NCBI RefSeq assembly: GCF_006345805.1
Contig: NC_043002.1
Coordinates: 56,048,001-56,112,000, forward strand
Source of the DNA: Octopus sinensis
Lineage: Eukaryota
Reading direction: 5' to 3'
DNA: 64,000 bases
Made by a program: the position numbers and the translations under genes. The notes beneath the pieces were generated by a model. That model was not told the DNA's origin, did no database searches, and worked only from the letters and a program-made list of their open reading frames with translations. This document shows positions 1 to 11,466 of the stretch, piece after piece (positions within the stretch are counted from its first letter, which is position 1; every line of letters begins with the position of its first letter).

Positions 1-124
1 ATTTCTTGCAGAGGTGAACAATAACATACTGAAATCTCTGAAGTGGGTTTGAAGTTAAGTTTCACATATTTATTCATTTGTTTGCTTTTTAATGTCCATT
101 TCTCCATACTTGTATGGGTTAGAT

Positions 125-679
125 CATAGGTTCTCACAGTGGGTGCTACCGTCCCCCCTACCCCCATGGGCATTGAAACAGTCCAGGTGGGCACTGGTGC
201 CTAAGGGTATGGTAGAGCAGAAGGAGGTGTCGGGAGGAAGGCAATGGATTGGGGGAAGTTATGAATTTATTATAATATTATTATAGTATTGTATACAAAT
301 TATAATAATCTTTTCTACTCTAAGCACAAAGCCTGGAATTTTTGGAGATGGGGGGGGGGGCAGTAGATTAGATCAACTGGTATTTAATTTATCGGAACCC
401 AAAAGGATGAATGGTAAAGTTGACCTCGGTGGAATTTGAACTCAGAACGTAAAGACAGACGAAATACCTCTAAGAATTTCGCCTGGAGTGCTAACGTTTC
501 TGCCAGCTCAATGCCTTAATATAAATTATATAATATTATATTAAATATCAAATGATTCATGGTATATATAAATTAGTAAAATATAAAATATTTATTTATG
601 CATAAGAATAGGGGTGGTAGCGCTGGGGTATTATGTGGCCATGAGTAGGGGGGTGGTCCAAGAAGTTTGAGAACCTCTG
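125..679. mobile_element. hAT-type MITE with a nested SINE
   Basis: TIRs CATAGGTTCTCA...TGAGAACCTCTG. Exact 8-bp TSD GGTTAGAT at 117-124 and 680-687. A Meta-domain SINE is inserted at ~305-520. Confidence 0.85.
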
Positions 680-874
680 GGTTAGATGACTACAATGACT
701 TGAAGTGTTGTTTTACAGCCAGATGCCCTACTTGTTACAAAACCTTCTTTTGTCAAGGAAGAGATCCCTTATTTTAACAATGAGCGGACAGAAGTAACAA
801 CGATGACATTCTCGTTCATAGCTTGCAACTTTTAAAGCAAGTGTAAATGTAAAGAAACATACAGCCACAATACA

Positions 875-907
<33 letters not shown>

Positions 908-1148
908 AAACAAAGGAATAAGGACCCTGAATTTGGGTAAGTACCTTATTAGCACTAATCCAGATGGGGAACACATAAAGTTGTTCAAATTAACAATTAC
1001 ACAATACTCCACTTGATAGATGAATCCTGAGCCTGCTTCCTTGGATTTCATACTGGTTTGGGATAAGTCCTCGAACGGAGCTGCATAGGAATGTCTACCC
1101 TGGAAGGATATGGACTGCAACTGAATTAATTAACAGCCCATAAACGCT

Positions 1149-1196
1149 ACCTCAGAGGACATTAGGACACTTATGCAGCAGAAACACGTGTCGGGT
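1149..1196 (+). ncRNA. Degenerate minimal type I hammerhead ribozyme motif (Penelope-like terminal repeat)
   Basis: ACCT-CAGAGGA-[21 nt]-GAAAC-ACGT-GTC-GGGT: stem I ACCT/GGGT, palindromic stem III, GUC cleavage triplet. The CUGANGA core has one substitution and stem II is decayed. Confidence 0.55.
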
Positions 1197-2327
1197 TGGA
1201 ATTTAATGCAAATCTAAGAGTGTAACAAATAAATTTTGAGGATGCATAATTCTCCATCCATGTTGTACATCCATGTGTGTCATCATTATCATTTAACATT
1301 TGTTTTCCATGCTGGCATGGGTTAGATGGTTTGACCAGAGCTGGTAAGGCCAGGGGACATACTGTTGTCTGTTCTGGTATGGTTTCTATGACTGGATGCC
1401 CTTCCTAACACCAGCCACTTTACAGTGTGTACTGGGTGATTTTTATGTGGCACCAGCATTGGAATCCTTTCTGCTGTGGTGCACAGGTCTTCGGTACACC
1501 AAGTTACCGAATATCTCGGTCCTTTGTCACCTGCTTCATAAGGCTCGGTGTCTTGAGGCTGGCCTTCAATAATTCACCCTATGCCCTCCTGGGTCTCCCT
1601 CTTCCACAAGTTCCACCCACTTGAAGTGACTGGCATCTGCTATGCAACTGTCTACTTCCATATGTTTCACATGACTAAACCAGCACAGTCTTCTCTCTTG
1701 CACACTACATCTAGTGCCAGTGGTATGAAAAATGCATCCAGTACACTCGGTAAAATGGTTGGCTGTAGGAAGAGCATCCGGCTGTAAAAATCATTCCAAA
1801 AGTAACACTGGAGTTCAACACAACCGTGTGACTTGCTGGATACTGTCAATCATCCAACCAATACCAGCATGGAAAGTAGGCATTAAATGATGATAAATAA
1901 ATACACACACAACTCTGTTATTACCAAGACAATAACTTAGATTACAGCTATGCAGCCTGAAGACTAAAAGTGGTTTTCTTTTACACTGGAACAAATAAAA
2001 TATAACATCTTTCAGGTATCTTTTTTACAGCAGAGAAGTCAATTGCAAAAAGTTATTTTTGAAAAATAACAAATATAGAAAAAGTAACATATACCATTCC
2101 TAAAATAATTTAAATAAAAATAGAAAGAACTACACTGATATATATAAGAATCTTGCAAACCAGATACAAAAACGAAATACATACATACAAGAGGTGGGGA
2201 CCGAAATCTTTCAAAGGGATGTCAAACATCCAAGTCCATTGGTACAGTAAAATGTATATTGGTTCTGTACTAACGTGGATTATGAATTAAAGATTGTCTA
2301 CACCTACAATTTTTCCTTTCCTTATAC

Positions 2328-2330
<3 letters not shown>

Positions 2331-2409
<79 letters not shown>

Positions 2410-2429
2410 ATATATATAATATATATATA

Positions 2430-2480
<51 letters not shown>

Positions 2481-2502
2481 ATATATTATATATATATATA
2501 TT
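2331..2502. repeat. Long imperfect (TA)n microsatellite (one of many)
   Basis: Directly visible. Other large tracts: (TA/TG) 33790-34136, (CA) 15725-15763 and 46320-46490, (TACA)n 52463-52582. Confidence 0.98.
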
Positions 2503-4948
2503 AAAGATTTTAAATAAATAATAGAAATAAAGAAATTTTTTAGTAAGATAGAATTTTTTTACATCTATTTTACAAGCCAATGAAAAGGAAATAAACGCTG
2601 CCAAAGTGCATCAGCTGTGAGCTAGTTACTTTCCGAAATGTGACAATTTTTAGACGGGTAGGTTGAAGGTTAAAAATATAAAATATACAAAACAAATAGA
2701 GGATAAAGTTTTCAACAAAAATCAAAGAATCAATAAAAGAGGTTGTACTCTATATACAACAAGTCTGCAAAAGAGGAAAAGCATGACACTTTCTAATTAG
2801 CTGACATTAAGCTATAGAAAAAACTACTTGCGTCCTCTTTACCATTATCTCTTCTATTTGAATGCTAATATCTGCCAAAGGGTCAATGGTTTATTTTCTA
2901 TCAACAACAAAGCATCAGTGTTCCTTGACAAAGCATCCTCAACTCATTAATCCTTCAAGTTATAAATAAGAACCATAAAGAGGTATATTTCCTCATATAG
3001 CACAATGCAAACAGAAGTTGGAGTTTGATTAGATACTAGACCAAAATATGGCAAGGGAAACAAAATGGTCCAATGAAACTGCCTGCAAACCAACACAAAC
3101 CCACTACACTATTGATAGTTATTTTTATCATCCATTGAAGAATCAGAGATCAAATCTATTCCCAAAAGATCTCAACTGAGGACACAGTCAGTCCTAGTTG
3201 ACAGACAACTGTCGTTTCTGCTAGTTTAGCATCCAGCACCAAACAATTGCAGATATTCCGTTAACTGGTAGTGCTTATGGCAAATCAAGGCCTGTGTTGT
3301 TAGATTGATAATTCAAACCAAAAAAGGTGGTTAACTGAATAATTTACAAACAAGAAAACAAGGATGAGCTTTACCTAAATACAACACTTTCCAAGCTAAG
3401 GAGGAATGTGTGTGGTCATGTGACCAGCTACAAATAGCAGCCAAATCTCACTCAAATCTCAACTCTACCACTTCTGATTTACACACCTTAGGTTACTAAT
3501 CAGTCTGGTACTAATAATATTCCATACATTGTATAAAGTGGTTGGTGATAGGAAAGGTATCAAGCCATAGAAATCAAAGCAAATAATACTGATAAGACCA
3601 AGTTTTTCTCCCTTTCATACCAACTCACCTGAGAACACCCCTTAGTTTTATGATAAAATCTTCTTGTTTTGAAGTGACTTAAAAGCTTCCATCAAAATTG
3701 CCTGCTAATTTACACTCCAAACGCCAGATTAATAATGAGCTAGTTTACAAAAATTCTTCATTATTTTTACAATTAAATGAAACAAAAGTCATGTGTCTTA
3801 ACAGAGATACATTAATAAAAGTGTTCTGAACAATAGCCCGACTAAGAAATGACTCAGACTGCGGTAATCTTCCAACCCATGCCAGCACAGAAAATGGACA
3901 TAAAACGCTGATGATGATGATGATGATGATAAAATAACTTCCTTTATTTTTTTTTACCATCAATGCACTTGATTTACCTTTCTTTACTTCCTTGTCCAGA
4001 CTGCACAGAAATGCAATCTTTAAAATAACCTTGTTAAGCTTTTATAGTTATAAACTCTATAAATCTATAAGTTTCCTTATCCTTTAAACCTCCAATTTAT
4101 GTAACCAATCAATACATCTGTCTGCAAGATAACGAATTATTACTTTTTTTTTTCATTTTTTTTTTTTTTTGGTGCAGAACAAACAATAAGGAGAGACAGA
4201 GCAATGCTCTGAGATCAAAACCTTTTCCTAATTGATTCCCATTTCTCTGACACTTCAATAATCAAAACTGTTACTAAACTTGGAAATTTGTTTTCACCGA
4301 CAACGAAGCAATGACGCAATATAAGTCAATTTAGACCAAAATATAAACACAGCAACAATAATTCTCTGATAACCAATATTACATAATCTACAATAAAAAT
4401 CAATGTTACATAATCAATATTAATCAAATCTCAAGGATTTCACCTTAATTGTCAATACATTTCAATCATCTTTAATCAACTTTTCTGATCAGCATGGCTG
4501 TTTGGTAAAAAGTTTGTTTCCCAACCACATGGTTTTGGTTTCAGTTCCACTGTGTGCTATCTCAAGCAAGTGTTTTCAACCCTGAGTCATCCAAAACTTT
4601 AAAAGTGGATTTGGTGGACAGAAACGCGAATATATTGAGAGAGAGAGTGAGAGTGTTTGTCTGTGTCTGTATGTATGCATGTATATATTTTGTGTGTGTG
4701 TGTATGTATATGTGTGTACTCATGCCTAGCTATCGTGTGATGATTGTATATGAGCATTACTATCATAGAAGCAGCATTGTCTATTTCCAGTCATCCATGA
4801 AAAACATGTCTAGTCATGGGGAAAATAATACATCGCTTGGAAACAGGTGAGTGTGGTGAACAGGAAAGGCATCAGACCATACGAAATTTACCTCAACAAA
4901 TTCTATCTGATGTAGACATTTAAACAATGATGATGATGATGAGCTGTA

Positions 4949-5155
4949 CAGTAGCCACTTGCCATATCATGGCTTACCTATTGTGTGCACTCAGTACATC
5001 GCAGATTTTTCTGACTAATATTTGTAAATTTATATTGTGGACTCCTCAGTATATCCGGGTTTCTGTGGCCAATAGGCATTTATATCTTTTTAGATTTTAA
5101 TTATTTCTGTGTGAGGTTTTGGAACATAACACCCACGATAGTGGAGGGATTACTA
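4949..5155. mobile_element. Degenerate pogo/Tigger-like MITE
   Basis: TA|CAGTAGCCACTTGCCATATCATGG ... CCACGATAGTGGAGGGATTACTA: imperfect TIRs starting CAGTA after a TA. Confidence 0.5.
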
Positions 5156-5184
5156 CGTGTGTTTGTGTGTGTGTGTGTGTGTGT

Positions 5185-5422
5185 AGTATATTTGCCACAT
5201 AAATGTGGCTAACCCTTAAGGATTGATGCTATTGTAGCTTGTAGCCCCAAGAAGACATCTCCTCCAGCTGGCTATTGACACTCTGTGTCAGCAGCCAGCT
5301 GAAAGAAATGTCTTCCTGGGGCTACAAGCTACAGTAGCATTAATCCTTAAGGGTTAGCCACACTTATGTGGCAAATATACTTCACAATGTCGTGCAGCTA
5401 CGTTTATACCTCACTCAGAGGT
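5185..5422 (-). repeat. Fold-back (palindromic) element, copy 1
   Basis: 5185-5381 is an inverted repeat (AGTATATTTGCCACAT...ATGTGGCAAATATACT) with ~95-bp arms, sitting between (GT)n and (TA)n tracts. Confidence 0.9.
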
Positions 5423-5449
5423 ATATATATATATATATATATATATAGG

Positions 5450-6075
5450 AAAAATAGAAGTTGAAAATGCACTGAGAATAGTTAAAATTGTTTTTTATTT
5501 ATATATTTAGAGATTTAACTGGTTTCACAGTTTACACTGATTTTCAAAAAGGTTGAAACAGAAAGACATAGCTTATGTCACAGCTGTCTTGCTTCTGACA
5601 ACTGTTTGAAGCTTGCCCTATTTTTATAGGGAGTTCATGGCTCAAATTAGTATATGTTTTGAATAGGACTTGATTCACAGAGGATAGTCACATGAACAGT
5701 CTAAGAAATTTTTGTAGATTCCCCTATGTCAACAATCAATGCTCAGAATGTTTTCTGTCAAGTGTTTGGAGAGAATGATTGTGTGCTTCAAGTTTAGAAC
5801 ATTTTGTATATTTCCCTGCTACATCCGTGCAGTTAATGTCACGTGACAGAATATTTTGTGCTTAAAATAAAGGCCAACATGGTTGAGTGAACCTGTTTAG
5901 TTACAATCAAGGCACTCCAAATTTAATCTGCCAGGTGGGAGAGTGGACAGAAGTCATTTGTATGTAATCCAGTGGCTAAAGTTTAGGTTGTTGGCTGTGT
6001 AGTTTCCTCATGATATGTGGCAGAATGAAAATTGTGTGTGAATAGTTATTTGTGTATGTACTCTGTTAAAGTTTG
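5450..6075 (-). mobile_element. Decayed Penelope-like element 3' portion (GIY-YIG remnant plus terminal region)
   Basis: Frameshifted minus-strand peptides (ITYK..., SKHL, LCES..IQ) resemble the C-terminus of the PLE GIY-YIG domain. They are followed by a degenerate hammerhead motif at ~5552-5513. Confidence 0.45.
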
Positions 6076-6152
6076 TTAAGTCTTATACATACATACATAC
6101 ATATATATATATATATACACATTTATATATATATACACACATATACACACAT

Positions 6153-6194
<42 letters not shown>

Positions 6195-6320
6195 CATCAT
6201 CATCGTTTAACATATATATATATATGTATATAAAAGTAAATATGTGAAGTATTATTACTGTTAAAAACAGTAATAATGAGGTGGCTAGCAAGACTTCTAC
6301 CTAAACAGGTATAATATAAA

Positions 6321-6652
6321 ATATTTGAATAAAAGAGGGATAAAGATACCATTTGCTAAAAATCAAGGCAAAAGCTTCAAAAATCCACCAATTCTACGAT
6401 AAATACACATACAAGCAATGTAATGAATATTTTAGAAAATAGGATGAAATTCAGGATGGAATTTGAAGTGAGTTTTAATACATATTAATGCATATTAAAA
6501 CTGCCTTCAAATTCCATCCTGAATGTAGGCCTATTTTCTAAAATATTCATTACATTGCTCGTGTGTGTATTTATCGTAGAATTGGTGGTTTTCTGAAGCT
6601 TTCGCTTTGATTTTTAGCAAGCGGTATCTTTACCCTTCTTTTATTCAAATAT
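6321..6652. repeat. 332-bp palindrome with essentially no spacer
   Basis: Arms of ~165 bp (ATATTTGAATAAAAGA...TCTTTTATTCAAATAT), roughly 85-90% identical by eye, centred near 6486. Confidence 0.92.
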
Positions 6653-8164
6653 GGGCTAAAACATTTTTAAGGATTTAAGGATATATATATTCACAAGCAC
6701 ATACACACACAGAGGCAAGGTGTGGCTGTGTGGTAAAAAAAATTTGCTTCCTAACATGGTTCCATAGCACTTTGGGTAAATGTCTTTTGTAACTTCAGGC
6801 CAACCAAAGCCTTGAGTAGATTTGGGAGATGTTAACTGAAAGAAGCCTGTCAAATATATGTTCAAATATATTTATGAGTGTGCGTGTCTTAATATCTGTG
6901 CCCCCACCACTGCATGACAATTGGTGTTGGTGTGTTTAAGTCACCATAACTTAGCAGTTTGACAACAGAAACTGATAGAATAAGTACCAGGCTTTTAAAA
7001 AAATTAAGTACTGGAGTTGATTCCTTAGACTAAAAATTCTTCAAGGCCACAGTTTAATGACGAAGACAAGATAGATATATCATCATCATAATCACCATCA
7101 TCATCATTTAATGTCCATTGTCCATGCTGGCATGGGTTGGACAGTTTGACCAGGGCTGGCAAGCTTGAAGGCTGCACCAGACTCCAGTCTCATTTGGCAT
7201 GGTTTCTACAGCTGGATGCCCTTCCTAATGCCAACCACTCCAAGAGTGTAATGGGTGCTTTTTCAGTGCCACTGGCACAGTTGCCATTTGTGTGACACCG
7301 GTATCTGCCACGACTGCGATTTTATGGGCCTTCTTCTCAAGCACAACATAATGCCAAAGGTCTCGATCATTGCCTTTGTGAGGCCCTACATTTGGAAGGA
7401 ACTCAGCCATTTTGCATCCGTGAGGCCCAATGCTCAAAAGGAACTCACCTCCATCAGGCCCAATGCTATCCTGAAGAAAAGCACACAGCATGCACTATGA
7501 AGTGGTTGACATTAAAAAGAGCATCCAGTCATAAGAACTGTACTAAAGCATGCGGCCCTGTGGCTCATTGGATCCTGCCAAACCATCCAACCCATGAAAA
7601 CAGCAATGAAAACAGACATTAAAGGATAATGGGAAGAGAGGGAGCTAGAGAGAGAGGTGGGGAGAGTAGTGCAAAGAAAGTGAGGGAAAAAATTCCCAAG
7701 AAGCGAAATAAGAGTATCTTCCATATTTAAGTGAAGGAGAATTAAAGAAACCATCAGAGCTGATGGTGCTAATATGAAATATCAGTTGTAGATAAGCAGG
7801 TGCAGTGTTGAGAAATCAGTGATTTCAGAGACCAAAGAAAGCAAGAATATAAACAGGAATTGATAAAAGAGCCAGACTCATGGCACCAGCAGATTGATTG
7901 AGACACTAAATGTTGATGCGAACATATTAGCTTGTAGTAATGGTAAAAAAGGCCATAAATCTGTAGAAAACACATGTAGGCCGAGCAGTTGGGAGTATAG
8001 TCAACCAAACTAACTCCCAGTACATAACAGGTACCCAGTACTTGTTTCATTATTCTAAGGAAATAGAAAGATGTGATAAATTCCAATTTTGGTGGTATTT
8101 TATCTCAGAACATGACTTAGATTTAGGCCTGTTTTGAGCCCAAGAACTCATTTGGTTGGGGCTT

Positions 8165-8400
8165 CACTCAGTTTCCATGGTGTATAAGTGAACGATTACA
8201 ACATTCCCTCTAAATGGGACACAAGTCCATAGCAGAGTAAACTTCCCAACTATTGCTGGAACTCATTTACAGCTAAGTGAACTAGAGTAACATGAAATGG
8301 AGTGTCTTGCTCAAGAACACAACACACAGCCTGGTCTGGGAATTGGAACCAAGATCTTACAATCATGAATGCAACACCCTAACCACTGGACCACATCTCT
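8165..8400 (-). mobile_element. Older tRNA-SINE with CORE and V-like domain
   Basis: Minus strand GTGGTCCAGTGGTTAGG...GGTTCCAATTCC...GTTCTTGAGCAAGACAC...CTGCTATGGACTTGTGTCCCATTTAGAGGG. Confidence 0.5.
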
Positions 8401-10186
8401 GAATATGGGTGAAGGCAAATACAACAAAGCATTGGATGTTAACATTTTAACATTTCAGCCACACATTTGTGTTGCCCCAGCATGGCCACAACCTTAGGGC
8501 TGAAACACATAACAGAATAACTCCACAGGCCTTGAGTAGACAAAAACAGAAATAAAACAATAAAAAAAAGGAACAACTTTACAGTGGAAGACAGCTGTAA
8601 TTAATTGATTTGATCTAATTACATCCAAAACAAAATTAGCCAACTAATTAGTATGGAGTCAGTTAAGAATAAAGTGCAACTTTTGTCCTGTCACACAGAC
8701 ATGCCGCCTCCTCTCTGTGGCATTTCTACTGCACTGACAGTGTCCTTCACTCCTTAGAACTAAATGACTCTGCACCACCCAACTCATTTCTCTTCCTCTC
8801 ACCTTCACCCATACTGTGTCTTCCCCATGCTAAACCCAGGCCATACACTAAGCACTTTCATCACCAATCCTTCTTCACCAAAGGGTTATATCTCCACAAT
8901 CCCTTACCTGCAATTGTTACAGACGAATACTGATGACATCATTTCCATCAGTCTCAGAGGGGTGATGAAGCCCTGCAAAAGTTATGAATGCAGCCCCTTT
9001 CTCTTAGCTTAACATCATCTGCATTTAACATCCATCTGACTCCTACAAGCATGGGTCAGATGGCTTGACAGCATCTGATGGGTCCGAGGACTGCATCATG
9101 CTGCTGGGTTTTACTTTAGCAGAGTTCCTATGCCAACCATTTTACAGCATGTACTAGACAAGTTTTTTTGTTTTTTCTCATGGCACCAGTACTAGTGAGG
9201 TTGCCATGCTACTTTACAAGACTACAAACTTCAAGGGGGTAACTTCATACTCAGACACAAGGGGTTAAAATAGGGAGAGATAGAGCCACGGAATAACAAG
9301 TTTCTTGCTGTGGAGATGTTACATGGCTTCTTACATTTTAGAAGAAAGAAGTGAAGTGATCAGGGTAGAAATGGAAAGAGATAAAAATAGTGGTGACGAG
9401 ATGTCTAGGTTGACTCAAGTATATTGGCCTAAAACTACAGGACTGTAGAGAATGGCTATAACTGTCTCTTTTTCTTTTCCATTTTTATAGGCTTAGTTGG
9501 AAACTAGCAGGCAGCTCCTAAGACATGTTTCAGGGCCTCCATGAGGCATGAGAGATAGTTCTCTTCAGACAGGGCACAAAACATAAATGCTTGTACTCAA
9601 GGAAAGAGAAACAACCCTTACAAGGGGCTGTTCCTTGTTCCCAATTTCACTTACAAGGATCTAGTTAACCCTAAGTTATCATAAAAGATATTTGATCTAT
9701 AGGCGTAGGTATGGCTGTGTGGTAGGAAGCTTGCTTCCCAACCATATGGTTCTAGGTGAGTCAATTTGATGGACAGAAACTGAAAGAAGCCCATCAAATG
9801 TAAGCGTGCATGTGAGCAAACACATCTGTTTCTCCCACCACCACCACCATGACTTGACAACCAGTGTTGGTGTGTTTACATCCCCATAATTTAGTGACTT
9901 GGCAAAAAGAGGCCAACAGAATCAGTACCAGGCTTTAAAAAAAAAGTAATGGGGTAAATTTATTCAATTGAAAGCTTCTTCAAAGTGGTGTCCCAGCATG
10001 GCCACAAACTAATGACTAAAACAAGTAAAAAATAAGGTTTTGCAAACAAGGACTGAACCTGAGACCCTAGAGTTGGAAAATCTACTTGAAAGCACACAGC
10101 CATAACTGACCACTGGTCCAAATACATCCATGACCTCACTCCTATGACCAACCTCATCCCTCCAACTGGTAATATCAGAAGAATGT

Positions 10187-10400
10187 AAGGCAGCGAGCTG
10201 GCAGAAATGTTAGCACACCAGGCGAAATGCTACAGTATATCGTCTGCCTTTACATTCTGAGTTCAAATTCCACCAAGGTCGACTTTGCCTTTCATCTGTT
10301 CAGGGTCAATAAATTAAGTACCAATTGTATATTAGGTTGATCTAATCGACTGCCCGCTCCCACTCCCCCAAAATTTCAGGCCTTGTACATAGAGTAGAAT
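10187..10400 (+). mobile_element. tRNA-derived SINE with Meta domain (representative copy)
   Basis: AAGGCAGCGAGCTGGCAGAA...GAGTTCAAATTCC (B box) followed by GCCTTTCATC(C)TTTCGGGGTCGATAAATTAAGTACC. Copies at ~305-520-, 10770-10980-, 20590-20775-, 21675-21880-, 37812-38020+, 44260-44475-, 50550-50735+ and 60675-61315- (interrupted). Confidence 0.8.
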
Positions 10401-11239
10401 AGAATATCAGATGACTAAGAAACATGACTCTCAAGAAGTGCAGCTGGTGAAATGGAGAAGGTTTTGGGCAGCGTGAGAAATAGTTAACAACCATTACTTG
10501 TATTATGTTTATATCCATAAATAAATCGCTTTTGTCCATTTTTTACCATGTTTCTGTTGAAATACATACAACACACTTGTTTCAATTCGTTGTTAAAATA
10601 ATAATTTCATAAAATATCTTTGTCCTTACTAATGATTGGAATGTAAATAAACAGGGAATTTTGATGGAAGTTTTAATTTAGATCACTTTGAAATAGAACC
10701 AGGCGTGGTCTCAGGAAAATATCAAAGGAGTTAACTCCCATTAACCTAATCTACTTGGTTCTAAATCTATTCTACTATAGACACAAGGCCTGAAATTTGG
10801 GGGGAAGAGCCTAGTCAATTATGTCAACCTCAGTATGCAACTGGTACTTAATTTATCAACCCCAAAAGGATGAAAGACAAAGTTGACCTCAGCAGAATTT
10901 GAACTTAGAGCATAGTAGCAGACAAAATACCACTGAGCATTTCGACAGCATGCTAACGATTCTGTCAGTTTACCGCCTTAGTTCTAAATTGGTACCATGA
11001 GTAGGTACAGAATTATGTGGATAATAAGAATCAGCCAGAAGAGATGGATTTACTGCACAATTATGAAGCAAAAGAAAAACAATGGGAAAGCAAAAACAAA
11101 ATGTACAAGTGAAACAAAATAATTCTGGAGTAAAGATTGCTTGCCAACATAACATGGCAGTCCTGGTTTAGGACGAATGTTGCTGTAATTTAGCCCCAGG
11201 AAACATCATCTCCAGCTGGCTATATGACATGATCTGTGT

Positions 11240-11466
11240 CATATTTTTGAACAAGGGAATCTAGCACCCCCAGTCAGCTCAAAAGAATATCTGTGTATCA
11301 CGATTTCCAGGTTATTTCCCTTTGTCGGCACAGAATAATTGTTCGGCTAGAGGTGGAGTGGCCAAATTTTTGTTCGAAATATATAGTTTTCAAAGTGACA
11401 ACTAGTCACTGATCTATATTGTTTTGAGTAGAGGGGGGGGGGCTAGATTCCCTTGTTCGAAATATG
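11240..11466. mobile_element. MITE-like inverted-repeat element
   Basis: CATATTTTTGAACAAGGGAATCTAGCACCCCC...CTCAAAAGAATAT versus ATATTGTTTTGAG...GGGGGCTAGATTCCCTTGTTCGAAATATG (imperfect ~50-bp inverted ends). No clear TSD. Confidence 0.65.

Noticed and set aside
5310-5365. GGCTACAAGC resembling the twister ribozyme L4 loop
   Set aside because: I could not build P1/P2 or the UAA...GAG internal loop around it.
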